Of a stretch of DNA of 64,000 nt, positions 38,320 through 48,795 are shown piece by piece. Source of the DNA: an uncultured Bacilli bacterium (GTDB lineage Bacteria; Bacillota_I; Bacilli_A; RF39; UBA660); the NCBI GenBank assembly GCA_905235045.1, contig CAJOJO010000009.1:4241-68240 (forward strand), given 5' to 3'. Within the stretch, counting starts at the first letter, position 1. Each line of letters begins with the position of its first letter. The position numbers and the translations under genes are program-made. Below the pieces are notes generated by a model, which had not been told where the DNA came from, ran no database searches, and worked only from the letters and a program-made list of their open reading frames with translations.

Positions 38320-40050
38320 TTATCTAATTAATGATTTAGATACTGTTATAACTGGACGAATACCAAAGGTGTTTGGTTCATATACGTCACTATTAATCAA
38401 GGTACCATCTTTATACACCGTCCAAGCACGATATGAATAGTTAGTAACAGGTGAACTTGTCCAGTATCCAGATGTGCTTGAATCATTTATATCACATCCA
38501 TAACCTGTGCATCCTTTTGTATAATCAAATAACCATGCATATGGGCTTGCTCCTTGTACTGATGATACTCGTGTGTGTTTATTTGTTCCTGTCCCATCAA
38601 AATAGAACCATGTACTACTATCTCCAGCAAATGTTGATGTGTTTGTGATTGTTGCAATTTCGTTTGCTGTTATTAGTCTTGGATTTAATCCACTATCCCA
38701 TCCTGTTGCATCTGTATCTACTTGTGTTTTTATTGATGTTTGGGAATATTCTTTATATGTTCTTGATGTTTCATATTCTACTGTTGCTGTTGTATTATGG
38801 TCTAATATCATTGTATAGTTATCTCCACTATCATTAAAGATATACCATTTCATACATCCTGTTTTTGTGCCTGGAGTACTTATTGAATTACCAATATTAC
38901 ATGTTTTATTTAAATCTGTTGGATCTAAATATACTATTCCTTTATGTGTTTCACCAGTTTGAGCAGCTACTTTAGTTGGTCCTGGTACTCCTAAGTAAGT
39001 TATTTTAGCATAACCATTACCAGCTTTTGCACACTTACTTACTGGATTACTACTATAACCACTAGAACAATTAGTAGTATCTCTTTCTGAACTTGAACCA
39101 GTAGTAGATATTGTATAAGTTTCTGGATCATTTGATTCACTACATCCATAACAATACATTGATTTATTACTTAAATTAGAAGAAGCGATGTATCCTGATC
39201 CACCGCCGGCTCCCCATTCTGGTCTATTAGAGCCACCGCCGCCGTAGTAGCCGCCACCGCCGCCAGATCCACCACAGCAAGTATGATAATAGTTACCACC
39301 TTGACCAAATGAACCATGACCATACGATGAAGCTGAAATACAATATCCATATATGGATTGTGTACCACCAGATCCTGCATAAGAAGTAGTTGAATCATCT
39401 AACCTTGTTCCTGTTGCTCCGGCAATTCCACCTCCAAAACCTCCGGCGCCAAAATAACCACAAGTGCCATTTGGTCTACGATATGTTCCACTTCCACCGC
39501 CGCCGCCAGCTACAATTAATATTCTTCCATCAGTAGCATGTGATGATAAACTTGATAAAACTCCTGAGTCCATTGCGATATGAGTAGCTCCGCCACCACC
39601 TGATGATCTTTCTAATTCAGAACCATTATCAGTACTATATCCATTACCACCACCATTATAGCCGCCAGTTAATGAATCTGGTTTTTGACCAACTACTACA
39701 TATATTTTTTCGTCTACATCTAAATTAACTGTGCCTACAGAATATCCACCATATCCAGCATCATCAATATAACAGGTATCACTATAATATCCACGGCCTC
39801 CTTGAGCGCCCCATACTTCTAGCTTATATTCTCCATCACAAGGAGCAACAAATTCTTGCACATCTCCTGTATAATCAAAAGTATAAACAATTCCTGATTG
39901 ACATTTATCACCATTTATTACTTCACTTTTTAATTGATCTAATAAATTTTTCTTATTTTTAAAATTCATTAATAACATATATATAAGAGCTAAAAAGATT
40001 AATAAAATCGTATATAGAATGCCTGATACGGCAAAACCTTTTTTATTCAT
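38320..40050 (-). CDS. Membrane-anchored glycine-rich repeat protein (one ELWGAQGG module), paralog of the 51558-55073 protein
   Basis: N-terminal MNKKGFAVSGILYTILLIFLALIYML (pilin-like but lacks Glu+5). Module EYKLEVWGAQGGRGYY ... GGYNGGGNGYS ... SGGGGATHIAMD ... RILIVAGGGGGSG. C-terminal Ser/Thr/Tyr-rich domain. Confidence 0.5.
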   Translation of the reverse strand: MNKKGFAVSGILYTILLIFLALIYMLLMNFKNKKNLLDQLKSEVINGDKCQSGIVYTFDYTGDVQEFVAPCDGEYKLEVWGAQGGRGYYSDTCYIDDAGYGGYSVGTVNLDVDEKIYVVVGQKPDSLTGGYNGGGNGYSTDNGSELERSSGGGGATHIAMDSGVLSSLSSHATDGRILIVAGGGGGSGTYRRPNGTCGYFGAGGFGGGIAGATGTRLDDSTTSYAGSGGTQSIYGYCISASSYGHGSFGQGGNYYHTCCGGSGGGGGYYGGGGSNRPEWGAGGGSGYIASSNLSNKSMYCYGCSESNDPETYTISTTGSSSERDTTNCSSGYSSNPVSKCAKAGNGYAKITYLGVPGPTKVAAQTGETHKGIVYLDPTDLNKTCNIGNSISTPGTKTGCMKWYIFNDSGDNYTMILDHNTTATVEYETSRTYKEYSQTSIKTQVDTDATGWDSGLNPRLITANEIATITNTSTFAGDSSTWFYFDGTGTNKHTRVSSVQGASPYAWLFDYTKGCTGYGCDINDSSTSGYWTSSPVTNYSYRAWTVYKDGTLINSDVYEPNTFGIRPVITVSKSLIR

Positions 40051-40106
40051 ACTATCACCCTATTATTCTATACAATATTTTACTATAAAAAAATAGATTT
40101 TACAAT

Positions 40107-41096
40107 CTATTTATCAATGAGATTTATATTCTCTAATAATATTCCTGTTCCTTCTACTACACATGTTAAAGGACTATCAGCTATTCTAATAGGAACTTTA
40201 AGTTCACTATTTAAAAGCTTGTCCAATCCTTTTATTAAAGAACCACCACCAGTTAAAACAATTCCATTGTCAACAATATCAGCGGATAATTCAGGAGGAG
40301 TTTGTTCTAAAACATTTTTAACCGTATGAACGATCATCATTGCTGATCCTTTTAAAGCTTCACATATTTCCTCACTAGTAATATTTATTGTTTTTGGCAA
40401 ACCAGTAACTAAATCTCTTCCTCTAACTGGCATTGCTTCATTACTTTTAGGTTTAAACACACAACCAATTCTTAATTTTATTTCCTCTGCTGTTCTATCG
40501 CCAATTAATAATTTGTATTTATCTTTTATATATTTCATTATATCAGAATCAAAAGTATTACCAGCTATTTTAATTGAAGAACTTGTTACAATACCACCTA
40601 GTGATAAAATAGCAATATCAGTTGTACCACCACCAATATCAATTACCATATTAGCTCTAGGTAACGATATATCCATACCAGCTCCTACAGCTGCTACTTT
40701 AGGTTCTTCCTCAACAAAGACTCTTTTAGCTCCAGTTCTTTCAGCAGCTTCCTTTATCGCATTTTTTTCTACTCCAGTTATATTAGAAGGACAACATATT
40801 AAAATACGAGGCTTAGCTAAAAAACCTTTAGCTTTTATTTTTTTTATGAAATTATCTAACATAATTTCTGTTATATCAAAATCAGCAATAACGCCATCCT
40901 TTAATGGTCTAATAGCTTGTACTTTACCAGGTGTTCTACCCAACATATTTCTTGCTTCTTCACCAACAGCTAGTACTCTTTTAGTATCTGAATCTATTGC
41001 CACTACCGACGGTTCATTTAAAACAATACCTTGTCCTTTTACATAAATTAAAACATTAGCTGTTCCTAAATCAATACCTATATCATGTGTAAACAT
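40107..41096 (-). CDS. mbl: MreB-like rod-shape protein (Mbl)
   Basis: DIGIDLGTANVLIYV ... actin-fold phosphate motifs. Directly downstream of spoIIID, as in Bacillus (spoIIID-mbl). Confidence 0.85.
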   Translation of the reverse strand: MFTHDIGIDLGTANVLIYVKGQGIVLNEPSVVAIDSDTKRVLAVGEEARNMLGRTPGKVQAIRPLKDGVIADFDITEIMLDNFIKKIKAKGFLAKPRILICCPSNITGVEKNAIKEAAERTGAKRVFVEEEPKVAAVGAGMDISLPRANMVIDIGGGTTDIAILSLGGIVTSSSIKIAGNTFDSDIMKYIKDKYKLLIGDRTAEEIKLRIGCVFKPKSNEAMPVRGRDLVTGLPKTINITSEEICEALKGSAMMIVHTVKNVLEQTPPELSADIVDNGIVLTGGGSLIKGLDKLLNSELKVPIRIADSPLTCVVEGTGILLENINLIDK

Positions 41097-41098
41097 AT

Positions 41099-41356
41099 CT
41101 AACTTCCTTTCAAATATTTTTTTCTTGTCGATTCGCCACCTCTAATATGTTTTATACTCATATGATAATTTAATATTTCTTTTACTTTTAAAAATTTTGC
41201 TTTATCTATTTTTAATAATCTTTCACTTAAATCTTTATGAACGGTACTTTTTGAAACATTAAATTTTTTAGCAATCTCTCTTATAGTATGTCCCGTTTCT
41301 AAAATATAATTAGCTTCTTCTTTAATTCTTTCAACTTTTTTCAATCTAATCACCAT
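41099..41356 (-). CDS. spoIIID: Stage III sporulation protein D (SpoIIID)
   Basis: 85 aa. IREIAKKFNVSKSTVHKDLSERL ... KEILNYHMSIKHIRGGESTRKKY is near-collinear with B. subtilis SpoIIID. Confidence 0.85.
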   Translation of the reverse strand: MVIRLKKVERIKEEANYILETGHTIREIAKKFNVSKSTVHKDLSERLLKIDKAKFLKVKEILNYHMSIKHIRGGESTRKKYLKGS

Positions 41357-41376
41357 TAAATTATATTAAATAGCAA

Positions 41377-42299
41377 TTAAACTAATTCATAAGTTGTATT
41401 AAAGATTCTTGAATCAGTTGAATACTTTAATACAAATTGATTATTTTCTTTACAAATAATTATCCCAATTGTTTTATCATGAAATGGTTTTTTTATATTC
41501 TCATCTACATAATTAACATATTTTAAAATTTGTCCTAAATATTCAGCTTTATATTCGGTTACTTTAATTCTATAACTACAAAACAGTTATATTCATAATT
41601 AAATAATAACAAATCAATATAGTTATATTTATCACCAATTTTTATTTTGTATTCATTACCAACATAAGTGTAACCATCACCTAATTCTTTCATAAATGGT
41701 TCAATATCTTCTAAAATTAATTTCTGTAACATTTTTTCTGATATATTTTGATAGTTATAATTATTTTTAATTAGAATTGGATTTTTAATTGAGTCAGTTA
41801 TACTAGGTTCTTCTTGCTTAATTAATTTTTCTTTTGTTTTACTAGGTAATCTTTCATATTCATTTGACTTAATCCTTTTTCTTAATTCTCTTACAGATAG
41901 GTTTTGTTCTTCTGATATTTTTATATAATAGTTTAGCTTATTTGCATCTTTAATACTTAATAATTCATCAAAATGGCTCCATGATAATTTTGCCGACACT
42001 GTCGGCAATTTTTCTTTAGTCAAAAAATTATAGAATTTGCGTACTTTATATAGTAATCTTACACTATATTTTTTACCTAATTCACTAGTTAATTTTTTAG
42101 AATACTCTTTTATTATTCCTTCGCCATAATATTTACCAGCTTCAGAAAGTATTTTTCCTACATTATAATAAGTAGTTAAATCACTTTTATTTTTAGAATA
42201 ATCTTTTATTTTTTTCGTTAATTCATTATTAATTAGTAATTCTTTTATATCGCTATAATAGTTCATTAAATCATCTCCTATTATAATCTTACGATGCAT
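41377..42299 (-). pseudogene. Second DUF1016/YhcG-like nuclease paralog, frameshifted near 41560
   Basis: 246-aa ORF (…KLSWSHFDELLSI…VRELRKRI…FVVIELK*) stops where the paralog continues. The downstream frame encodes EYKAEYLGQILKYVNYVDENIKKPFHDKTIGIIICKENNQFVLKYSTD (the conserved C-terminal block). The upstream cctgcaaaaaaagat element is shared with the intact paralog. Confidence 0.6.
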
Positions 42300-42331
42300 T
42301 AATCAAAATTCCTGCAAAAAAAAGATGAAAA

Positions 42332-42955
42332 TTATATTTCATCAATTTTTTTATCATAATAATCTTCAGGGTTTACTAAATTGCCTTTAACAATAAGTTC
42401 AAAAGATAAACTTGATCCTAAGTCTTTATTTATCTTACTTACACCACTTTTACCAATGATCTCTCCTTGTTTAATAGTATCATCAACTTTAACATTAACT
42501 TCACCTAGACCTTGATAAATACTGATAATATTATTGTCATGACTTATTTCAACGACATTTCCTAGTAATTCATCTTCTTTAATGGTAATAACTTTACCAT
42601 CTAAGATAGACACAACATCAAAATTGTCCTTGCCTCCATATGTTACACCACTATTTTGCATATAAGTATTATCATACACAATAATTGAATTTTTCTGTGC
42701 TTCTTCTTCGCCTTGATAATCATAATAACTTAATAATACTTTGATCTCACTATCATTATATGGCCTACTTATTTTATAATCAGTCGAAATAACCGGAACA
42801 GTCTTATCAATCATTGTATCTGATACGTAGGTAACATCTTCTTTTAATGTTTTCTTGCTTAATAATCCTTCAATCATAAAAGAAACACATACAAGTAATA
42901 CAAACCCAACGCCATATAATAAGTAAATAGTTGATTGTCTAAGCTTTCTTTTCAT
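42332..42955 (-). CDS. spoIIQ: SpoIIQ-like protein with degenerate (non-catalytic) LytM/M23 domain
   Basis: N-terminal TM. LytM fold in which the catalytic His residues are substituted (GGKDNFD for HxGxD; SLSFE for HLHFE), as in B. subtilis SpoIIQ. Lies next to spoIID. Confidence 0.5.
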   Translation of the reverse strand: MKRKLRQSTIYLLYGVGFVLLVCVSFMIEGLLSKKTLKEDVTYVSDTMIDKTVPVISTDYKISRPYNDSEIKVLLSYYDYQGEEEAQKNSIIVYDNTYMQNSGVTYGGKDNFDVVSILDGKVITIKEDELLGNVVEISHDNNIISIYQGLGEVNVKVDDTIKQGEIIGKSGVSKINKDLGSSLSFELIVKGNLVNPEDYYDKKIDEI

Positions 42956-43000
42956 TTTCTCACCTCTAATATAAGTGTGAGCAAAAATAAATAATTTATA

Positions 43001-43879
43001 CTAAATTTTTTTAATTTGTACTCCTTGATAATAATATTTTAAAATTTCATCATATCTATATCCTTTTAAAGCTAATTCATTAGCACCATATTGGCTCATT
43101 CCTACTCCATGGCCATATCCTTTTGTTTCAATAATAACACTATCACTGGTTACTTCAATAGTTAAAAATGTTGATTTTAAATTTAACTTCTTTATAAAAT
43201 CATCACTAGCAAATATTTTATTATTTACTTTTATTTTTTTGCTTCTACCAGTAGAAGTTGTTTCAGTTATTTCAATATTTAAATTAGAACATTTGATACT
43301 TAATTTGTCACAAAAATCTTGTTTATCAAAATAATTTACTTCCCTAAATACCGGTGATGCTTGATCCCATGAAGAAGGAACACTTTTTAAATATGGTCTT
43401 TCTTCTTTAAATACTTCGTTTGAATTCTCTGTATAACCTGGTGATGTAGAAAAAAATAAAGCTTCTATTACATTGCCATCATAAACTAAAACTTGACCTT
43501 TTGTCTTATAAACAACATCTTTTATTTTTTGTAAATTTTTTAAATAATCATTTTTCCATTTTTCTTTTAACTCTTCATCAGTTAAATAAATTTGCGTTAA
43601 AGTATTATCAGTTACATCATAACTATTATTTTTTTTAATTTTGTAGATTGCATAACTGCGAGATACAATAGCGCCAGCTTTTAATGCTTCATCATTAAAA
43701 CTAACAGGTATTTCTCCAGCAACCACATGAACAATATATTCTTCTAAAGGAATAGATAAAATTTTATCGTTAGTTTTTACTTTAACTAATATATCATTAT
43801 CTTTTTCATAATAAAAAATATTTAATATAATATATGGTAATAGAATAATTAAAAAAATTATAAAAATTCCCTTTTTCAT
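43001..43879 (-). CDS. spoIID: Stage II sporulation protein D (SpoIID, lytic transglycosylase)
   Basis: C-terminal KGYGHGVGMSQYGANELALKGYRYDEILKYYYQGVQI SpoIID/LytB signature. N-terminal TM anchor. Confidence 0.85.
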   Translation of the reverse strand: MKKGIFIIFLIILLPYIILNIFYYEKDNDILVKVKTNDKILSIPLEEYIVHVVAGEIPVSFNDEALKAGAIVSRSYAIYKIKKNNSYDVTDNTLTQIYLTDEELKEKWKNDYLKNLQKIKDVVYKTKGQVLVYDGNVIEALFFSTSPGYTENSNEVFKEERPYLKSVPSSWDQASPVFREVNYFDKQDFCDKLSIKCSNLNIEITETTSTGRSKKIKVNNKIFASDDFIKKLNLKSTFLTIEVTSDSVIIETKGYGHGVGMSQYGANELALKGYRYDEILKYYYQGVQIKKI

Positions 43880-43947
43880 ATTATCACCTTAACTATTATA
43901 AAAAATAATTATATAAAAAATTGTCAAAAAAAAGAGTTAAATACTCT

Positions 43948-44145
43948 TTAAATAAAATTACTATTTAAATAAATATCATATAAGAAGTTAACTACTAAAT
44001 AAGATAAAGCTAAAGTTAAAAGAAAAATCAAAATTTTTGCTTGAAAAACATGATTTTTTTTAAATTTATTTTCTACTAATAAAGAATCTAATCCAATTAA
44101 TGATAAAGGAACAGTTATAATATATAAAATAAGTTTAATACTCAT
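43948..44145 (-). CDS. Small membrane protein (65 aa)
   Basis: Two TM helices. Overlaps the rpiB stop. Confidence 0.3.
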   Translation of the reverse strand: MSIKLILYIITVPLSLIGLDSLLVENKFKKNHVFQAKILIFLLTLALSYLVVNFLYDIYLNSNFI

Positions 44146-44557
44146 CTATTTTTCCTATTCTTCTTATGTGTCTTTCTTCATTAGAAAATTGAGTTTCTAA
44201 AAAAGTAGTAACTATCTTTTTTATTTCATCAATATCTTTTAAAGCTGATATTGCTAATACATTACTATTATTATGAAGACGAGTTAAACGAGCTTCTGAG
44301 ACATTATCAACTTTCGCGCATCTAATACCTTTTACTTTATTAGCCGCAATAGACATACCTATACCAGTTGTACAAATTAAAATACCTTTATCATTTTCTT
44401 TTATATCTTTACATACCTTAAAAGCATAATCAGGGAAATCTACCGAATCAGAACTATCACATCCATAGTCTTTTACTTCTAATCCTTTTTCCTCTAAATA
44501 TTTAATTATTTCTTTTTTTACTTCATAACCAGCATGATCATTTCCTATTAAAATCAT
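44135..44557 (-). CDS. rpiB: Ribose-5-phosphate isomerase B (RpiB/LacAB family)
   Basis: MILIGNDHAGYEVKKEI ... ILICTTGIGMSIAANKVKGIRCA typical of RpiB. Confidence 0.8.
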   Translation of the reverse strand: MILIGNDHAGYEVKKEIIKYLEEKGLEVKDYGCDSSDSVDFPDYAFKVCKDIKENDKGILICTTGIGMSIAANKVKGIRCAKVDNVSEARLTRLHNNSNVLAISALKDIDEIKKIVTTFLETQFSNEERHIRRIGKIDEY

Positions 44558-44561
44558 TTTA

Positions 44562-45809
44562 TCACCTCTTTGTTTTTCTATATATATAATACATTAATTT
44601 ATAAATTGGGTAAAATAATTTATCCGTTACAATGTTAAATTCACCAATTAACTCAACTACTTTAGCGCCAAATCCTCGTTTAAAATTAAATAATCCATAC
44701 ATATCGCTATCTTCATTAAATTCACCAGTTATACCAAAAAAATTAAAGCATTCATAATTATTATTAATTGCATACTTAATCATTTCGTAGTTTAAAAAAT
44801 ATTGTCCATCATATTTCATAAATTCTTTATATGAAGCACCAAATAAAGAAATTACTTGTTTACCAAATAACATAAACAAACCACCAGCAACAACTATATT
44901 AGTTCCGTGTTCTTTTATTAGTTCTTCATTTTCTTTTATTTTCTTCAAATTTGCTTCTACTTGGCTTTTATATTCATTAATAACATTTTCTTTTTTATGT
45001 TCTTTATTTAATTCTTTATCTAAGTTAGCTTGTGCTTTATTATATTTTTCTTTTAAACTTTTTAAATTTTCTTCTAAGTTTAATTCTACTAATAATATTT
45101 TAATATCTTTACCGAAGGACCTATACATTTCTTCATAATAACTTAGTGGTCGATCAATAAAACCTCTTCTTTCACTAGTATGTTCCATTAATTTTTTAAA
45201 ATCTTTTATCCTAGTTTCATCACATTCAACTAATTTTAAGCCATGCTTATAAGAATTATTAATACTCCATCTTGTTGTGCCACGCATATTAGCAAGGATT
45301 TCTTCTTCGGTTTTATTTTTTAAGTCTAAAACAGACAGCCATCTTGGTTCAATATCAAGACCATAATTAATTGTAAAACCATTATGTTTAAAACCTATCT
45401 TTTTAAGTTTTTGAATAATTTCATCATTTTTAAATCCATTTTCTACTATATTACCATCAATATCTCTTTCTTGATAAGGAACATATGGATTAATTTTTAA
45501 AAATATACCATGTTTCTTTTTAACAAATTTAATAACTTGTTTACTAAAATCTTCCAAAAAAGTATCGCTCTTATAATTAACTAGAAATCCTCTTGGAGCA
45601 TAAAATATATATTTATGAAAAACCGGTATTTTTTTAGCTAAAAGTAAAGTCGCTCCTTTTATATCATATCCTTCTTTAATACCAACAATATAAGGAATCC
45701 AACCATTATTTTTCTTTAATTCTCCCCACATTGAACTTTGAAAAAAAGTACTTTGATCATGTTTACGGGCAAACTCATTAAATTCCTCTATGCTTAAATA
45801 ATCTAACAT
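44562..45809 (-). CDS. FemAB-family peptidoglycan interpeptide-bridge aminoacyltransferase
   Basis: FFQSSMWGELKKNNGW ... coiled-coil insertion ... C-terminal GNAT-like fold. 415 aa, typical of FemX/FmhB. Confidence 0.7.
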   Translation of the reverse strand: MLDYLSIEEFNEFARKHDQSTFFQSSMWGELKKNNGWIPYIVGIKEGYDIKGATLLLAKKIPVFHKYIFYAPRGFLVNYKSDTFLEDFSKQVIKFVKKKHGIFLKINPYVPYQERDIDGNIVENGFKNDEIIQKLKKIGFKHNGFTINYGLDIEPRWLSVLDLKNKTEEEILANMRGTTRWSINNSYKHGLKLVECDETRIKDFKKLMEHTSERRGFIDRPLSYYEEMYRSFGKDIKILLVELNLEENLKSLKEKYNKAQANLDKELNKEHKKENVINEYKSQVEANLKKIKENEELIKEHGTNIVVAGGLFMLFGKQVISLFGASYKEFMKYDGQYFLNYEMIKYAINNNYECFNFFGITGEFNEDSDMYGLFNFKRGFGAKVVELIGEFNIVTDKLFYPIYKLMYYIYRKTKR

Positions 45810-45902
45810 TATATCACCTTATTTATTATACTATATATTTTTTGTTAAGTCATTTATTTTTATACAAAAATAATGTATAATATTTAATGGAAAGGTGATA
45901 CT

Positions 45903-47447
45903 ATGGCTAAATCACGTACTAAAAATTCAATTATTAATTCAACAGCCTCAATAACTACTCAAGTTATTACCGTTTTAATGGATTTTGTCGTTAAGACTAT
46001 TTTTATTTCAATTTTAGGTAGTACTTATTTAGGAATTAATGGATTATTTTCAAATATTATTACGCTACTTTCTTTAGCTGATTTAGGTATTGGTATAGCT
46101 ATCCCATATAGTTTATATAAACCTTTAGCTAATAAAGATACCGAAAAAATTAAATCTTTAATGAAATATTATGCTAAAGTATATAATATTATTGGCTTAG
46201 TTGTTTTAGGAATTGGTCTTTCAATCACACCATTTTTACCACATATTATTAAAAATATGCCTGATGATATACCACATATATATTTAATATATATGATGTT
46301 TGTTACGCATTCAGCTTTAAGTTATTTATTTGTTTATAAAAGATTCTTAATTGATTCTGATCAAAAAGGATATATAGTTTCAAGAATTACGCTTATTTGT
46401 AATATTTCCCTTAATGTTGTTAGAGTAATAGTCTTATTACTTACAAAAAACTTTGTTTTATATTTAGCTTGTAGTATTTTATTTGTTGTTATCCAAAATG
46501 TTTGGTATTCAATTAAAGCAAATAAATTATATCCTTATCTTAAAGATAAAGATGTTAAAGATTTAAATAAAAAAGATTTAAAAGAAATTAATCGTAATAT
46601 TAAATCATTATTTATTTATAAAATTGGTAATGTTATCGCAAATGGAACTGATAATATTATTATTTCAAAATACATTGGTTTAATCACGGTTGGTTTATAT
46701 TCAAATTATTTACTAATAATTAATTCAATTAATAATGTTGTATCACAAATTTTCAATGCAATAACTTCTAGTATTGGTAATTTAATCGCTACTAATAATG
46801 AAAAAAGTAAAATGGTTTATGAGAAACTAAATTTCTTTAATTTCTATATTTATTCATTATGTGCGGTATGTTTATTTATTTTACTAAATCCATTTATTTA
46901 TTTATGGATTGGTCATGAATATTTACTAAGTGCGATTGTTTCAGCTTTACTTGCTCTTAATTTTTATACAGCTGGTATGGGATCAGTTACTAATTCATTT
47001 AGAACTGCTTATGGACTATTCTATATTGCTAAATTTAGACCTATTGTTATGGTTGTTCTAAATATTGTTATTTCAGTTATCTTAGTAGGTCCTTTCGGAA
47101 TAGCAGGAGTTGTAGCTGGTACCGTAATTAGTAGAATGTTAACAACTGCTTGGTTAGATCCATATATTGTTTATAAACATGGATTTAAAGAAAGTCCAAG
47201 AGATTACTATTTTAAATATATATTCTATTTATTAATCTTTACTGCATCAAGTGCTTTAATAAAATTAATAACTGATTATATTACAGTTAATAGTATTATA
47301 TCTTGGATTGTTATAGCGCTAATAACAATCATTATATATCACATTATAATTATTCTTATATTCTATAAAACAGAGGAATTCCAATTCTTCTATCATAAAT
47401 TGAAATTAGCAATTAAAAAAATAATGAAAAAATTAAAACATGCGTAA
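45903..47447 (+). CDS. MOP-superfamily polysaccharide flippase (Wzx/SpoVB-like)
   Basis: 514 aa. 12-14 TM. N-terminal NSIINSTASITTQVITVLMDFVVKTIFISILGSTYLG typical of the Polysacc_synt family. Confidence 0.6.
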   Translation: MAKSRTKNSIINSTASITTQVITVLMDFVVKTIFISILGSTYLGINGLFSNIITLLSLADLGIGIAIPYSLYKPLANKDTEKIKSLMKYYAKVYNIIGLVVLGIGLSITPFLPHIIKNMPDDIPHIYLIYMMFVTHSALSYLFVYKRFLIDSDQKGYIVSRITLICNISLNVVRVIVLLLTKNFVLYLACSILFVVIQNVWYSIKANKLYPYLKDKDVKDLNKKDLKEINRNIKSLFIYKIGNVIANGTDNIIISKYIGLITVGLYSNYLLIINSINNVVSQIFNAITSSIGNLIATNNEKSKMVYEKLNFFNFYIYSLCAVCLFILLNPFIYLWIGHEYLLSAIVSALLALNFYTAGMGSVTNSFRTAYGLFYIAKFRPIVMVVLNIVISVILVGPFGIAGVVAGTVISRMLTTAWLDPYIVYKHGFKESPRDYYFKYIFYLLIFTASSALIKLITDYITVNSIISWIVIALITIIIYHIIIILIFYKTEEFQFFYHKLKLAIKKIMKKLKHA

Positions 47448-47459
47448 AGGAGAATTTTT

Positions 47460-47891
47460 ATGGATGATGCAATTAAAATGAGTATTGATGGCAGAAAAAA
47501 TGCAATTATAAACACCTATGAATTAAATGATCAACAAAAAAAAGAAGTTGATGATTTATTTGCCAGAATCGAAGCGTTAGGTAAAGAGTCAAAGGATAGT
47601 AGTGACTTTGAAACTAAACTTGCTAATAGTCCTTTAAATCAAGAATATATTGATTTATTTACTAAACTAGCTACTGATAATATTAGTAATGCGGCTACAA
47701 AAGACGATATAGTAACTGACACAGCAAAATCTGTTATAAGAAAAGCAGTAGGTAATGAAATACCAACTACTAAAGCAGCTGCCCATCAAAAAGTTTATGA
47801 TGCTGCCCGTGATATACCGGGTGTTGGCGAAGTACTAGAAATAAAACAATATGCCGATTTATTTGGTAGTTTTAGAAAAAAAGATGAATAA
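47460..47891 (+). CDS. Hypothetical protein (143 aa)
   Basis: AGGAG RBS. No motifs. Confidence 0.4.
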   Translation: MDDAIKMSIDGRKNAIINTYELNDQQKKEVDDLFARIEALGKESKDSSDFETKLANSPLNQEYIDLFTKLATDNISNAATKDDIVTDTAKSVIRKAVGNEIPTTKAAAHQKVYDAARDIPGVGEVLEIKQYADLFGSFRKKDE

Positions 47892-47909
47892 AAAAATAGT
47901 CTTAAACGA

Positions 47910-48116
47910 CTATTTTTTATTAAATCCATATTTTTGGTTGAACTTTTCAACACGTCCTGTTTTAGCTACAGCTCCTTGTACACCTGTATAAAATGGATGA
48001 CATTTGTTACAAGTTTCTAAGTGTAATTCTTCTTTGTTAGATTTAACAGTAAAAGTATTACCGCAAGCACATGTTACTTTTGTATCAACATAATTTGGAT
48101 GAATATCTTTTTTCAT
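47910..48116 (-). CDS. rpmE: 50S ribosomal protein L31
   Basis: [24 protein letters not shown] ... [10 protein letters not shown]. True start taken at the second Met (ORF track starts 7 codons earlier). Confidence 0.85.
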   Translation of the reverse strand: MKKDIHPNYVDTKVTCACGNTFTVKSNKEELHLETCNKCHPFYTGVQGAVAKTGRVEKFNQKYGFNKK

Positions 48117-48186
48117 ATTACTATCTCCTTCCGCCATGACAAATTCATGTCATAGAAATTTGTGCATAAATATTATAACATATTTA

Positions 48187-48768
48187 TTAACATTTACAAT
48201 AGGTTTTTAGAACTTTTTTTACAATATTTACATCATTTTTAATAAATTCTACATTATATGAATCACAAATATCTTCTAATTTTATATTTAAATAATCAAT
48301 TAGTTCTTTATAGTACTCATTATCTATATTAATACCAATTAAATAAATTTTTTCCTTTGAATAAATTCTTATTAATTTAAGTAATTCCTCTATATCAGAT
48401 GCTACTTCATCAACATAATTATATAAGTCAGTTACTTTAGTGTTTTTAATTTTATATTCTATTTCATTATTACCAATAGAAAGTGTTATTAAATCAGCTT
48501 TAATTAAAATATTTTGAATATTTTTGTTATTAATTACAATATTATCATTAATGTCCCTTATTAAATCAGTTACCCTTAAATCTGTTTTTTGGTAGTTTAT
48601 ATATTTCTCCAATTTAGGAATTTCTTTTTTTATTAAGTTAGGATAATTATTTTCTTTATCCATTATATTAAAATAGTATATTTCTTTATCTTTATTAAAG
48701 TTATAAATTAAAAAGACAATTAAAAAAATTAAACCAATAGCTAAAATTTTTTTCATAAAACACCTCAT
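48187..48768 (-). CDS. Secreted/lipoprotein-like hypothetical protein
   Basis: N-terminal signal/TM (MKKILAIGLIFLIVFLIY). No firm family call. Confidence 0.35.
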   Translation of the reverse strand: MRCFMKKILAIGLIFLIVFLIYNFNKDKEIYYFNIMDKENNYPNLIKKEIPKLEKYINYQKTDLRVTDLIRDINDNIVINNKNIQNILIKADLITLSIGNNEIEYKIKNTKVTDLYNYVDEVASDIEELLKLIRIYSKEKIYLIGINIDNEYYKELIDYLNIKLEDICDSYNVEFIKNDVNIVKKVLKTYCKC

Positions 48769-48795
48769 AAAAAAAGTAGATTTAATCTACTTTAA

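Noticed and set aside
38451-39398. Three short ORFs (65, 62, 75 aa) within 38320-40050
   Set aside because: Alternative-frame translations of the Gly/Ser/Thr-rich repeat region. No RBS.
40117-41046. 70-aa and 177-aa plus-strand ORFs antisense to mbl
   Set aside because: mbl/mreB on the other strand is unambiguous. The antisense frames stay open because of biased codon composition.
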